Assembly (NCBI GenBank): GCA_016873805.1
Contig: VGVZ01000008.1
Coordinates: forward strand, 2,592 to 66,591
Source of the DNA: Ignavibacteria bacterium
Lineage (GTDB): Bacteria; Bacteroidota; Ignavibacteria; UBA10030
Direction of reading: 5' to 3'
Length of the DNA: 64,000 nucleotides
The first letter of the stretch is position 1; every line of letters begins with the position of its first letter. Of the stretch, positions 19,166 through 29,453 are shown piece by piece. The position numbers and the translations under genes were made by a program. The notes beneath the pieces are model-generated. The model worked only from the letters and a program-made list of their open reading frames with translations. It searched no databases and had not been told where the DNA came from.

Positions 19166-19747
19166 GTGGCCAGGTTTCGCGAACGGCTCTTCCAATATCG
19201 AAGCTATACGCCCATCCCGTTTCTCATCGCAACGGTGATTTTTGCGGACCCGACCCTGGTTTCCGTGCTGGTCGGCGGCACGGTCGCGGCTCTGGGAGAA
19301 TTGTTGCGATTCTGGGGGGTCGCGTACGCCGGTCCTCTCACACGCGTCACCGGCGGAGTTGGAGCGCCGGAACTGATCGTCTCCGGTCCGTTTGCATACG
19401 TGAGAAACCCGCTCTACGTGGGGAACATTATTCTCTATGTGGGGATCGGCATCGTCTCCAATGCGCTGATGCCATGGCTTGTAATTGCGGCGCTGTTCTA
19501 TTTTTCTCTTCAGTATGTGCTGATCGTTATGCTCGAAGAAGAGTTCCTCGTCGCACATTTTGCCGGCGCATACTCCGCTTATGCCAAAGCAGTCCCGCGG
19601 TTCATTCCGCGCGTCACGGCGTATGTTCCTTTGGAGCCGAAGTCGCAGACACCCGACTGGCGCAGAGCACTCCGTTCTGAGCGCCGGACGCTCCAAGCGA
19701 TCATCGCGACGGCGGTATTGATCTTCGTCCGGGGAGCGTGGAGCTGA
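19166..19747 (+). CDS. Isoprenylcysteine carboxyl methyltransferase (ICMT)/phospholipid methyltransferase family membrane protein
   Basis: 193-aa polytopic membrane protein. The C-terminal SGPFAYVRNPLYVGNII...EE.FL...FG..Y..Y motif is characteristic of the ICMT/PEMT family. GTG start. Confidence 0.6.
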   Translation: MARFRERLFQYRSYTPIPFLIATVIFADPTLVSVLVGGTVAALGELLRFWGVAYAGPLTRVTGGVGAPELIVSGPFAYVRNPLYVGNIILYVGIGIVSNALMPWLVIAALFYFSLQYVLIVMLEEEFLVAHFAGAYSAYAKAVPRFIPRVTAYVPLEPKSQTPDWRRALRSERRTLQAIIATAVLIFVRGAWS

Positions 19748-19749
19748 CG

Positions 19750-20877
19750 ATGGGACGACGGATCATGATCATTGCCGGTGAAGCGTCGGGTGATCTCCAC
19801 GGCGCCGGTGTGGTGAGAGAATTGAAGAGTCGCGACGCGTCCCTCGATATCTTCGGCGTCGGGGGGGACAAGATGCAGAAGGAGGGGGCAGATCTGATCT
19901 ACCATGTCCGCGAGATCGCGGTGATGGGATTCTGGGAAGTGCTGAGACATCTGCCGATCATTCGATCGATGAAGCACACACTGACTCAGCTCTTGACGTT
20001 GCGAAGACCCGATCTCGTCGTGTTGATCGACTATCCCGGATTCAATCTGCGATTTGCTCCGATCGCCAAGCGGCTGGGAATCAAAGTCGTCTACTACATC
20101 AGTCCGCAGGTGTGGGCATGGCATCGGAGCCGCGTGCGAACAATGCGCGGCGTGGTCGACAAGATGTTGGTGGTCTTTCCGTTTGAGCAGGAGCTGTACC
20201 GACGGGAAGGCATCGACGCGACGTTCGTCGGGCACCCCCTGGCGGATGTGCTCGCTTCGACGATGAGTCGTCAGGATTTCTGCAAGAGGTATGATCTTGA
20301 TGCCGGGAAGGAGATTCTTGCGATCTTTCCGGGAAGCCGGGAACAGGAGATCGCGAAGATGTTCGAAGAATTGCTCGGTGCCGCGCGGCTCATTGCGCGT
20401 GAACGCAACATGGAGATCGCCATCGGCATTGCTCCAACGATCCCGGAATCGTATTTCACCGACTACTTCGCGCTCGAAGACGTTCGCCTGATCAAGGGGG
20501 CCACGTATGACCTCATGAATCATGCGTCGTTCGCTCTGGTGAAATCGGGGACCGGCACGCTGGAAACGGCCTGGTTCGGAACCCCGATGTTTGTGCTCTA
20601 TAAGACCTCCTGGCTGACCTATCTCATGGGACGGTTCCTTGTGAGGACAAAGCACATCGGACTTGTCAACATCGTGGCAGGATCTCCCGTCGTACCGGAA
20701 TTTGTCCAGCGCCGGGTGCGAAGAAACATCATTGCGCGAAAGGCGCTGGCTCTGCTCCGAGATCCAACCGCGCTGGCGAGCATGCGGTCCGCACTGTCGA
20801 TGGTACGCAACAAGCTGGGGAATCCGGGTGCGGCCGCCAGAGTTGCGCATCATGTGCATGAGATGATCAAGACGTGA
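19750..20877 (+). CDS. lpxB: Lipid-A-disaccharide synthase
   Basis: MGRRIMIIAGEASGDLHGAGVV N-terminus typical of LpxB (GT19). The ORF track starts at GTG 19738. The ATG at 19750 is favoured because it lies just after the upstream stop at 19747. Confidence 0.85.
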   Translation: MGRRIMIIAGEASGDLHGAGVVRELKSRDASLDIFGVGGDKMQKEGADLIYHVREIAVMGFWEVLRHLPIIRSMKHTLTQLLTLRRPDLVVLIDYPGFNLRFAPIAKRLGIKVVYYISPQVWAWHRSRVRTMRGVVDKMLVVFPFEQELYRREGIDATFVGHPLADVLASTMSRQDFCKRYDLDAGKEILAIFPGSREQEIAKMFEELLGAARLIARERNMEIAIGIAPTIPESYFTDYFALEDVRLIKGATYDLMNHASFALVKSGTGTLETAWFGTPMFVLYKTSWLTYLMGRFLVRTKHIGLVNIVAGSPVVPEFVQRRVRRNIIARKALALLRDPTALASMRSALSMVRNKLGNPGAAARVAHHVHEMIKT

Positions 20878-21932
20878 AACCGTTGCCAATACTCCTCCCA
20901 TTTTCGTACCTCTACGGCGCGTTCGTCGCGTTCCGCAATCTGTTGTTTGATTTGGGGATTCTCCCCGTTACGCATCTGCCGGTGCCGGTGATCTCCGTCG
21001 GCAACATCTCGGCGGGCGGAACCGGAAAGACGCCGATCGTGGAGCTCATCGCCCGGCATCTCATGGCGCATAGCTTGCGGGTCGCCATCGTGAGTCGCGG
21101 GTACCGTCGGACCTCAACCGGGCTTGTCGTGGTCAGCGAGGGCAGGGGGGCGCAGGTCGATGCCGAGTCGGGAGGGGATGAGCCCGTGATGCTGTCGGAA
21201 AAACTCCCGCAGGCAATTGTCGTTGTCGATGAAAAACGTGTGCGTGGAGCGACGTTCGCCGTCGATCAGCTGAAGGCTGATGTGGTCGTGCTCGATGACG
21301 GATTTCAACACCGTTACCTCGGGCGCGATCTGGATATCGTTGTCATGCCCGTGCGCGAAATTCTCGCGAACGATCATATGCTCCCGGCGGGGTACCGAAG
21401 GGAATCGTACAACTCGCTTCAACGGGCCGATCTCGTCATTGTCACGAAATCGGATGGCGGCACCTCAACAAGACGAGCGCTCGATATGCTCACGGGAATG
21501 AACGTCCGTCAGTCGGCCTGTGCCGTCCTCAGACCCGTTGCCTGGAGAATCGCAGGAGTGGATTTGCGTATCCCTCTCGAGGAGTCATCGGGAAGGAATG
21601 TGGTTGCCTTCACGGGGATTGGCGATCCCGCCGGATTCCGCCAAACGCTCCAGAGCTTGAATGTCACGATCCAGCGAATGGTGACTTATCCTGATCACCA
21701 CTGGTTCGGTCCGGAGGATCTGGACTCCCTGGCGTCGATCCTATGGCAGACCAAAGCGGACTACCTTGTGACCACCGAGAAAGATCTCAAGCGCCTGGAA
21801 AGCCGGCTGGACCGTTTCAAATCGTTTGTTGAAGAAAATCCTGTCCACGTCCTTGAAGTGCAGGCGTCGATGCAGGAAGGAGCGTCGGTTCTCGACGAGT
21901 TGCTCCACACATTGTTCCATGAGCCTATCTAG
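20874..21932 (+). CDS. lpxK: Tetraacyldisaccharide 4'-kinase
   Basis: VISVGNISAGGTGKTP P-loop typical of LpxK. Its GTG start overlaps the lpxB stop (GTGA). Confidence 0.85.
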   Translation: MKPLPILLPFSYLYGAFVAFRNLLFDLGILPVTHLPVPVISVGNISAGGTGKTPIVELIARHLMAHSLRVAIVSRGYRRTSTGLVVVSEGRGAQVDAESGGDEPVMLSEKLPQAIVVVDEKRVRGATFAVDQLKADVVVLDDGFQHRYLGRDLDIVVMPVREILANDHMLPAGYRRESYNSLQRADLVIVTKSDGGTSTRRALDMLTGMNVRQSACAVLRPVAWRIAGVDLRIPLEESSGRNVVAFTGIGDPAGFRQTLQSLNVTIQRMVTYPDHHWFGPEDLDSLASILWQTKADYLVTTEKDLKRLESRLDRFKSFVEENPVHVLEVQASMQEGASVLDELLHTLFHEPI

Positions 21933-22149
21933 GATAGCGAATGCCGCTACCGTTGAGGAGTTCGCCCGCCATGACGATGGGGGTGGAACTCGCGCTCCAG
22001 AGTATCAATTCACAATCAGTGGAAGGCCGCCCGGTGCGGGCTCGACGCAGAGATCATTCTCGATGGCTCGGGTCGGACATCGCTGAATTGTCGATCGAAG
22101 AATTCGAACGACAACGACCGATCTCCCGACGATGTGAGGCCGGGACGAT

Positions 22150-22860
22150 ATGACAATCGGCATCACCGACAACTTCAGACCAAAACAGTATTTCGACAAC
22201 TATCTGGAATGGCTTCATCGAATCGATCCCACTGTCGAGTTTACAAAGCTTTCCTATCACCTCAATAATGGAGAGATCATCAAGGAGATGGATGCACTGC
22301 TTCTGACCGGTGGGGGAGATGTGCATCCCTCGTTCTATGGAAAGCCGGAGTACGTGACCGAGACGGTCGAGGTGAATGAACGAAGAGATGAATTTGAGTT
22401 CGGGGTCATCGAGAAGGCGTTGGAGGCCGACATCCCTATTCTCGGTATCTGCCGCGGGATGCAGGTGATGAACGTCTGTCTGGGCGGATCACTCATCGTT
22501 GATCTCCCCGCCGCAGGGTACAAGGACCATTCGGAGAAGAACGGCAACGTGAATCTCCATTCCATCGAGATCGTGGAACACTCCATGATCGGCGCGATGC
22601 ATCTTGAAGGCGGGGCAAAAATTGTGAATTCCGCACACCACCAAGCCGTCGATGAGTTGGGACGCGGCTTGATGGCATCCGCAGAATCGACCGATGGTGT
22701 CATCGAGGCGGCAGAGTGGATCCTGAAAGGCAACATGCCCTTTCTGCTTCTCGTGCAGTGGCATCCGGAACGTATGAAAGACTTTGACAATCCATGCTGT
22801 AAGAATATCGCGGAGCGTTTTCTGCGAGAAGTAACTATATCGATCACGAACAGACAATAG
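22150..22860 (+). CDS. Class I glutamine amidotransferase-like / gamma-glutamyl-GABA hydrolase (PuuD, peptidase C26) family protein
   Basis: [13 protein letters not shown] catalytic Cys motif plus LLLVQWHPE histidine motif of the C26/GATase1 family. Confidence 0.75.
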   Translation: MTIGITDNFRPKQYFDNYLEWLHRIDPTVEFTKLSYHLNNGEIIKEMDALLLTGGGDVHPSFYGKPEYVTETVEVNERRDEFEFGVIEKALEADIPILGICRGMQVMNVCLGGSLIVDLPAAGYKDHSEKNGNVNLHSIEIVEHSMIGAMHLEGGAKIVNSAHHQAVDELGRGLMASAESTDGVIEAAEWILKGNMPFLLLVQWHPERMKDFDNPCCKNIAERFLREVTISITNRQ

Positions 22861-22888
22861 CACTTTCAACGAAAGGATAAATGAAGTC

Positions 22889-25675
22889 ATGTCGAAAACT
22901 CCGAAATACGTCTATTTCTTTGGGAGCGGGAAGGCAGAAGGGAAAGCTGAGATGAAACAACTTCTTGGCGGCAAGGGAGCGAACCTTGCAGAGATGACCA
23001 ACATCGGTCTCCCCGTTCCGGCGGGTTTCACAATTACGACCGAAGTCTGCACTTACTTTTACAAGCACGGGAAGTCATATCCGAAATCCCTCAAGGTCGA
23101 AATTGTCACGGCATTGAAGAAGATGGAGAAATCCCTCGGGATGAAATTCGGGGATCGAAAGAATCCCCTGCTCGTCTCCGTCCGCTCCGGCGCTCGCGCT
23201 TCGATGCCGGGAATGATGGATACCATTCTCAATCTCGGTCTCAACGATGAGACGGTCAAAGGATTGATCGAGAAGACCAAGAACGAGCGGTTTGCCTACG
23301 ATTGCTACCGCCGTTTCGTACAGATGTACGGCGACGTTGTGCTCGGCTTGAAGCCTGTGCACAAAGATGACATCGATCCGTTCGAGGAAATCATCGAACA
23401 CAAAAAGAAGGAGCGTGGGATTTCGCTCGACACCGAACTGACCACCGAGGACCTGAAGGATCTCGTCATGAAGTTCCGCAAAGCCGTGCGGGATCGAACC
23501 GGCAAGGATTTCCCGAGCAATCCGATGGAACAGCTCTGGGGAGCGGTGGGTGCCGTGTTCCATTCGTGGATGAACGAACGCGCGATTGCCTATCGCAAGA
23601 TGTACGATATTCCGGCCGACTGGGGAACCGCGGTCAACGTTCAGGCGATGGTCTTCGGGAACATGGGGCTCGATTCCGGTACCGGCGTTGCCTTCACACG
23701 CGACCCGGCGACGGGAGAGAATGTCTTCTACGGGGAATATCTCATGAACGCGCAGGGAGAAGATGTGGTCTCCGGAGCCCGCACGCCGCTGCATATTTCA
23801 CAGCTCGAAAAAGACGATCCGAAGATGTACAACCAGCTGGACCGCATCCGGAAAATCCTCGAGCAGCACTATCGCGATGTGATGGATATTGAGTTCACGA
23901 TGCAGCAAGACACTCTCTACATGCTTCAGTGCCGCGTCGGAAAACGGACCGCCTTCGCGGCGATCAAAATCGCCGTCGATATGGTGGAAGAAGGATTGAT
24001 CTCCGACAGAGACGCATTGATGAGGATTGAGCCGGACGCGCTGAACCAGCTTCTCCGGCCGGTGTTTGATGCGAAGGAGAAAGAAGCGGCCATTCAATCG
24101 GGGAAGCTCCTTGCCAGAGGTCTCAACGCGGGGCCGGGTGCAGCAACCGGACGCATCGTGTTCAATGCACCCGACGCCGAAGAATGGGTGAAACGAGGCG
24201 AGAAGGTTATTCTCACCCGAATCGAAACGTCGCCGGAAGACATCAAGGGAATGGATGCTTCGGAAGGAATCCTGACGGCACGCGGCGGAATGACGTCCCA
24301 TGCGGCCCTCGTTGCCCGTCAAATGGGAAAGGTGTGCGTGGCAGGATGCAGCGATCTCGAGATCGACTACAAGAACCGCACGATGAAGGTGAAGAACTTC
24401 GTCGTCAAAGAGGGAGATTGGATCTCGCTTGATGGGACCTCTGGGGATGTCATCCTCGGAATGGTTCACACCAAACCGTCGGAGGTGCTCCAGGTCCTGG
24501 TTGACAAGACGCTGAATCCGAAGGAAGCACCGGTGTATCAGACTTTTGCGAAGATCATGCAATGGGCGGATACGTATCGCCGGCTCAAGATTCGCACAAA
24601 CGCCGATCAGCCCGATCAGTCGGCAAATGCGATCGCGTTCGGTGCGCAGGGCATCGGCCTCTGTCGGACAGAGCACATGTTCTTCGGTGAAGGAAAGATC
24701 GGTCCGATGAGAGAGATGATTCTTTCCGAATCCGTGGAATCGCGCCGTTCGGCTCTCGAAAAGCTCCTGCCTCTCCAGAGGAAGGACTTTGAAGGAATAT
24801 TCGAGGTGATGAAGGGGCGACCAGTGACGATCAGAACCATCGACCCGCCCCTGCACGAATTCCTTCCACACGACGAACAATCTCAGCGCGAGCTGGCCGG
24901 CCAGATGGGAATCCCGTACGAGAAGGTGAAGCAACGCGTCGATTCGCTGCACGAATTCAATCCGATGCTCGGGTTCCGTGGATGCCGGCTCGGGATTATC
25001 TATCCGGAAATCACTGAGATGCAGGCGCGCGCGATCTTCGAAGCCGCAGCAAACGTCAAACGCCGTGGAATCGACGTCGAGCCCGAGGTGATGATCCCGC
25101 TCGTCGGACACGTGAAGGAGCTTTCTGATCAGACGGCCATCGTGCGACGCGTTGCGGAGCAGGTGACCAAGGATTCGAAGGTGAAGTTCAAGTACCTCGT
25201 GGGAACGATGATTGAGATTCCGCGCGGCGCGTTGACGGCGGATGAAATCGCTTCCGAAGCGGAATTCTTCAGCTTTGGCACGAATGATCTGACCCAGACC
25301 ACGTTGGGCGTCAGCCGCGACGATGCGGGACGCTTCCTGCTCCCGTATGTCGAACGCGAAATCTATGGCAAAGATCCGTTCGAGTCGATCGATCGGATCG
25401 GCGTGGGTATGCTCATGAAGATGGCCGTCGAAAAAGGTCGGAGCGTCCTGCCGAATCTCAAGCTCGGTATCTGCGGCGAGCACGGCGGGGATCCTTCCAG
25501 CATCGAATTCTGCCATGAAATCGGACTCGACTACGTCAGTTGTTCGCCGTTCCGCGTCCCCATTGCCTGCCTCGCAGCCGCGCGCGCGGCGCTGAAAGAC
25601 GGTAAACCGGAGTCGGCCAAGAAGTCAACCCGCACGAAGGCCAAGACGGTCCGGAAGAAGAAGGGAAGAGGCTGA
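22889..25675 (+). CDS. ppdK: Pyruvate, phosphate dikinase, with an unusual lysine/arginine-rich C-terminal tail
   Basis: N-terminus FGSGKAEG...[30 protein letters not shown], phospho-His region [21 protein letters not shown] and PEP-utilising C-terminal domain ([10 protein letters not shown]). An extra roughly 30-aa basic tail follows ([26 protein letters not shown]). Confidence 0.95.
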   Translation: MSKTPKYVYFFGSGKAEGKAEMKQLLGGKGANLAEMTNIGLPVPAGFTITTEVCTYFYKHGKSYPKSLKVEIVTALKKMEKSLGMKFGDRKNPLLVSVRSGARASMPGMMDTILNLGLNDETVKGLIEKTKNERFAYDCYRRFVQMYGDVVLGLKPVHKDDIDPFEEIIEHKKKERGISLDTELTTEDLKDLVMKFRKAVRDRTGKDFPSNPMEQLWGAVGAVFHSWMNERAIAYRKMYDIPADWGTAVNVQAMVFGNMGLDSGTGVAFTRDPATGENVFYGEYLMNAQGEDVVSGARTPLHISQLEKDDPKMYNQLDRIRKILEQHYRDVMDIEFTMQQDTLYMLQCRVGKRTAFAAIKIAVDMVEEGLISDRDALMRIEPDALNQLLRPVFDAKEKEAAIQSGKLLARGLNAGPGAATGRIVFNAPDAEEWVKRGEKVILTRIETSPEDIKGMDASEGILTARGGMTSHAALVARQMGKVCVAGCSDLEIDYKNRTMKVKNFVVKEGDWISLDGTSGDVILGMVHTKPSEVLQVLVDKTLNPKEAPVYQTFAKIMQWADTYRRLKIRTNADQPDQSANAIAFGAQGIGLCRTEHMFFGEGKIGPMREMILSESVESRRSALEKLLPLQRKDFEGIFEVMKGRPVTIRTIDPPLHEFLPHDEQSQRELAGQMGIPYEKVKQRVDSLHEFNPMLGFRGCRLGIIYPEITEMQARAIFEAAANVKRRGIDVEPEVMIPLVGHVKELSDQTAIVRRVAEQVTKDSKVKFKYLVGTMIEIPRGALTADEIASEAEFFSFGTNDLTQTTLGVSRDDAGRFLLPYVEREIYGKDPFESIDRIGVGMLMKMAVEKGRSVLPNLKLGICGEHGGDPSSIEFCHEIGLDYVSCSPFRVPIACLAAARAALKDGKPESAKKSTRTKAKTVRKKKGRG

Positions 25676-25691
25676 ATGAGAACATCCATTT

Positions 25692-26747
25692 TTGAAGGGG
25701 AAGGACACAATGAAGCTGTCTGATTTCAAATATCCGCTTCCACGGAATCTCATTGCGAAGTATCCGGCGCAGCCGCGCGATCGCTCGCGGCTGCTGGTGC
25801 TGAACAGGCGCGACGAATCCTTCGAGGACAAGAAGTTCTCCGATATCGCGAGCTATTTTTCGAAAGGGGACTGCCTCGTGGTCAATGAAACCCGTGTGTT
25901 TCAGGCGCGGCTCTTCGGGAAGAAGGAAAAGACGAATGCCAAAATCGAGGTGTTCCTCCTGCGCGAACTGAACGCAGAAGAAAACATCTGGGACGTCATC
26001 GTTGATCCGGCCCGAAAGGTCCGCATCGGAAACAAGATCTTCTTTGATGACGGCAAGTTATGGTGTGAGGTGATCGACAACACGACGTCGCGGGGGAGGA
26101 CTGTTCGGTTCAACCATCGGGGTGATTTCTTCAAGATCATCGAGCGGATCGGGATGACCCCGTTGCCGTACTACATCAAGCGAGAGCCGACGGCAAAGGA
26201 CAAAGCGGCGTACCAGACTGTCTATGCGCGTGTGCTCGGAGCCGTTGCGGCACCGACGGCGGGTCTCCATTTCACCAAACCACTCCTCAGGAAAATCCAG
26301 GCGAAAGGAGTCAAAGTTGTGCCGGTTCTCCTGCACGTCGGATTGGGCTCGTTCAGGGCCGTGGAGGTCGAAGATCTCACCAAGCATAAGATGGATTCGG
26401 AGTACTACGAGATCTCCCCTGGAGCAGCGGACATCGTGAACAAGACGATCGACACGAGGCACAATGTGTTCGTGGTTGGAACAAGTACGTGCCGGGCGCT
26501 GGAGTCGAGTGTCACGTCGGATGGACATTTGAAACCGTCGCGCGGTTGGACCGACAAGTTCATTTTCCCACCGTACGATTTCAAAATCACCGATCGACTC
26601 ATCACGAATTTTCATCTTCCGGAATCGACGTTGCTGATGCTCGTGAGTGCGTTCGCCGGTTATGACTTCACGATGCAGGCGTACAAGCGGGCCATTAAAT
26701 CATCTTATCGATTCTACAGCTATGGTGATGCTATGCTGGTTCTGTGA
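25692..26747 (+). CDS. queA: S-adenosylmethionine:tRNA ribosyltransferase-isomerase
   Basis: MKLSDFKYPLPRNLIAKYPAQPRDRSRLLVL and PTAGLHFT motifs. Alternative start at the second ATG, 25710. Confidence 0.9.
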   Translation: MKGKDTMKLSDFKYPLPRNLIAKYPAQPRDRSRLLVLNRRDESFEDKKFSDIASYFSKGDCLVVNETRVFQARLFGKKEKTNAKIEVFLLRELNAEENIWDVIVDPARKVRIGNKIFFDDGKLWCEVIDNTTSRGRTVRFNHRGDFFKIIERIGMTPLPYYIKREPTAKDKAAYQTVYARVLGAVAAPTAGLHFTKPLLRKIQAKGVKVVPVLLHVGLGSFRAVEVEDLTKHKMDSEYYEISPGAADIVNKTIDTRHNVFVVGTSTCRALESSVTSDGHLKPSRGWTDKFIFPPYDFKITDRLITNFHLPESTLLMLVSAFAGYDFTMQAYKRAIKSSYRFYSYGDAMLVL

Positions 26748-27475
26748 GGATGGCGATCATGGCGAAATCGAGGCCAAAGGTCTACGCGATCATCCCAGCC
26801 GCGGGTTCAGGCACGCGGCTGGGATCTCCCGTAAAGAAGCAGTTCGTACATCTTGGGGACCGTCCCCTGCTCGTTCATACGGTTCAGCGGTTCGAAGAGT
26901 GTGCAGAGGTTGACGAGATCGTGATTGCCGTTCCGGAAGAAACTCTCGCGGAAACCAAATCGCTGATCTCCCGATACCGTCTGCACAAAGTAAGCAAGAT
27001 CGTCACAGGGGCAGAGCGACGCCAGGGATCTGTGGAAAACGCCTTTCGCAGGATCCGGACAAAGGCGAGCGATATCGTTCTCGTGCACGATGGGGTTCGG
27101 CCTTTTATCGAACCGGCGAAAATCCGTGAAGTTGTCAACGTCTGTCGGGAATTTGACGCCGCTGCACTGGCCGTCCAACCGAAGGAGACGGTCCGCCGCT
27201 CCAACGGTGGAAGCCATTTCGAACAGACGATCGATCGGGCGGCGCTCTGGTTGATGCAAACGCCCCAGGGCTTTCGTGCCTCGATCCTGAAGCGGGCGTT
27301 CATGGCCGCCCATGCGAGTCGATACCATGCCACCGATGAGGTGGCGCTGGTCGAGCGGCTGGGCATCAAACCGCGTATCATCATCGGTTCATACGACAAT
27401 ATCAAGATTACAACGCCCGAAGATCTCGAATTGGGGTCATTGATACTGGAACGATGGAAATCACAGAGGACGTGA
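26744..27475 (+). CDS. ispD: 2-C-methyl-D-erythritol 4-phosphate cytidylyltransferase
   Basis: AIIPAAGSGTRLGSPVKKQF and VLVHDGVRPF motifs. Overlaps the queA stop. Confidence 0.87.
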   Translation: MRMAIMAKSRPKVYAIIPAAGSGTRLGSPVKKQFVHLGDRPLLVHTVQRFEECAEVDEIVIAVPEETLAETKSLISRYRLHKVSKIVTGAERRQGSVENAFRRIRTKASDIVLVHDGVRPFIEPAKIREVVNVCREFDAAALAVQPKETVRRSNGGSHFEQTIDRAALWLMQTPQGFRASILKRAFMAAHASRYHATDEVALVERLGIKPRIIIGSYDNIKITTPEDLELGSLILERWKSQRT

Positions 27476-27551
27476 CACACCTTGCATCTCGCGGGTGTTT
27501 TGGCTATTTTGGTATGAAATTGTCTGACAGGTATTGCGGCGAAGGGATTGC

Positions 27552-28232
27552 ATGGAAAATCTTCTTGTTGTTCTTATTCTCAGCTATGTCGTCGGATCGA
27601 TCCCGACAAGCATCATGCTCTCGAAGTGGTTTCACGGATTCGATATCCGTACCAAGGGGAGCGGAAATGCCGGCGGGACGAACGTCTTTCGAATCCTCGG
27701 GTGGAAAGCCGGCCTGTTCGTCGGCGTGATCGACCTCAGCAAAGGATTGATTGCCGCTACGCTGATCGCACGGCTCTTCTGGGACCCATCGCTCCCGTTC
27801 TACAACCGAACGCCGTTCGACGATTTCACCATCGTTCAAATGCTTTGCGGAGCGGCGGCGATCATCGGTCACATCTGGACCGTCTTTGCCGGGTTCCGCG
27901 GAGGAAAGGGAATCGCGACCGCCGCGGGTATGCTCGTCGGTCTCGCCCCTACAGAATTTCTGGTATCGATCCTGATCTTCGGACTCGTCATCGTTGCCTG
28001 GGGGTACGTCTCGCTGGGATCCGTCAGCGCCGCCGTGGCATTTCCGACAACTCTCTTCGTTCGACACACCGTGTTCGGCGTCCAAATCGACAGCTACAAT
28101 ACGCTCATCGTATTCAGTCTTGCAGTTGCTCTGCTTCTGATTTATTCCCATCGACAGAATATCAAGCGATTGCTTACAGGAACCGAGAATAGGATCTCGC
28201 GGTTCAACAAGAGACGATCTGTCAATCCATAA
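27552..28232 (+). CDS. plsY: Glycerol-3-phosphate acyltransferase PlsY (acyl-phosphate dependent)
   Basis: LILSYVVGSIPTS, GSGNAGGTNVFR and GHIWTVFAGFRGGKGIATAAG motifs. The ORF track starts at TTG 27534; the ATG at 27552 is favoured. The overlapping 27548..28192 frame is an Arg-rich artefact. Confidence 0.85.
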   Translation: MENLLVVLILSYVVGSIPTSIMLSKWFHGFDIRTKGSGNAGGTNVFRILGWKAGLFVGVIDLSKGLIAATLIARLFWDPSLPFYNRTPFDDFTIVQMLCGAAAIIGHIWTVFAGFRGGKGIATAAGMLVGLAPTEFLVSILIFGLVIVAWGYVSLGSVSAAVAFPTTLFVRHTVFGVQIDSYNTLIVFSLAVALLLIYSHRQNIKRLLTGTENRISRFNKRRSVNP

Positions 28233-28342
28233 GGCTTAGCATCACTCCCGTGAACCCGTACACACCGTACGGGTTCATTGCGTTCTTCCCCACGCGCCCG
28301 AATCTGTATCGGATGCGCGCCTTTCGCTGGAGAACACAATCT

Positions 28343-29338
28343 ATGAACATTGCCGTCCTTGGTGCGGGAAGCTGGGGAACAACCCTGGCGCTGTTGCTCA
28401 TCGAGAAGGGATATGATGTCCGTCTCTGGGAGTACCACACGGACAATGTCAACGTCATGCGCGAGACACGGGAGAACGTTGCATTCCTCCCCGGTATTCT
28501 CTTGCCTGAGCGACTCCTCGTCACCAACGACATCGATGAGGCATGCCGATCCGCCGGCATGCTGGTGACGGCGGTCCCGTCTCAACACCTACGCTCTGTT
28601 CTCAGCCATCTCTCCACGAAGAAGCTGAGTGAGACAATCATCTGCAATGTCGCAAAGGGAATCGAGACTGAGTCACTCATGACGATGACGGAGGTCATCG
28701 AGGATTCTCTTCCGCAATGCCGCAAGGATAACCTTGCCGTTCTCTCGGGACCAAGCCATGCCGAGGAAGTCTCCAAGCGCATCCCCACCGCAATCGTTGC
28801 AGCAAGCGTCAAGAGCAGGACTGCCAAGATCGTTCAAGACGTCTTCTTGACTCCGTACTTTCGTGTGTACGTGAACGAAGATCTCAGAGGAGTGGAACTG
28901 GGCGGATCGATCAAGAACGTCATCGCTGTCGCGGCTGGAATCAGTGACGGTGCGGGTTTTGGCGATAACACCAAAGCCGCGATCATGACGCGGGGCATCT
29001 ATGAGATCACCCGACTGGGGGTCAAGATGGGGGCACAGCCACGAACGTTTGCCGGATTATCAGGAATCGGAGATCTCATCGTGACGTGCATGAGCAAACA
29101 CAGTCGCAACCGATACGTTGGCGAACAGGTGGGGGCGGGTAAGCCCCTGCAAGAGGTCCTCAAGAGCATGGTGATGATCGCTGAAGGAGTCCCGACGACA
29201 AAATCGGTACATGCCCTTTCACAGAAACTCGGTGTTGAAATGCCGATCGCGGGGGCCGTCTATCAGGTTCTCTTCGAGGGAAGAAATCCGCATGACGCAA
29301 CCGAAGATCTCATGACGAGAGACGCGAAAGGGGAATAG
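28343..29338 (+). CDS. gpsA: NAD(P)H-dependent glycerol-3-phosphate dehydrogenase
   Basis: MNIAVLGAGSWGTALA Rossmann N-terminus and the GpsA C-terminal domain. The start is set at the ATG at 28343 rather than the ORF-track start 28250. Confidence 0.9.
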   Translation: MNIAVLGAGSWGTTLALLLIEKGYDVRLWEYHTDNVNVMRETRENVAFLPGILLPERLLVTNDIDEACRSAGMLVTAVPSQHLRSVLSHLSTKKLSETIICNVAKGIETESLMTMTEVIEDSLPQCRKDNLAVLSGPSHAEEVSKRIPTAIVAASVKSRTAKIVQDVFLTPYFRVYVNEDLRGVELGGSIKNVIAVAAGISDGAGFGDNTKAAIMTRGIYEITRLGVKMGAQPRTFAGLSGIGDLIVTCMSKHSRNRYVGEQVGAGKPLQEVLKSMVMIAEGVPTTKSVHALSQKLGVEMPIAGAVYQVLFEGRNPHDATEDLMTRDAKGE

Positions 29339-29453
29339 CCGTCTGCGTGCCAAACCACGCCGTTGATGTTTGAGTCTCTTTCCACTTCTTGCGTCCCGTT
29401 TTCCGCGTCGCCACCTTCCTACCTTGCTTATCCCTGAGCTTTTGAGTATTTTT

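Noticed and set aside
19579-20901. 440-aa ORF on the - strand
   Set aside because: It is antisense to the whole of lpxB, and lpxB has clear family motifs. It is a long open antisense frame of the kind high GC content produces. Similar ORFs were rejected for the same reason: 23798..25516 (antisense to ppdK), 15129..16580 (smc), 29793..31166 (htrA), 43283..44233 (groEL), 4069..4827 and 5122..5820 (GH3 fusion), 7282..8142 (rocA), 9772..10515 (gatB), 33596..34186 (ALDH7) and 35732..36580 (nadE).
21933-22149. Small overlapping ORFs (21826..22086 and 21941..22153) in the lpxK-to-amidotransferase gap
   Set aside because: Short, no motifs, and overlapping each other. More likely this is a 217-bp intergenic or promoter region. 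It contains a minor GCCCG-gtg-CGGGC hairpin.
27548-28192. 214-aa Arg-rich ORF in an alternative + frame
   Set aside because: It overlaps plsY in another frame. The PlsY frame carries all family motifs. This frame is a low-complexity Arg/Pro run.
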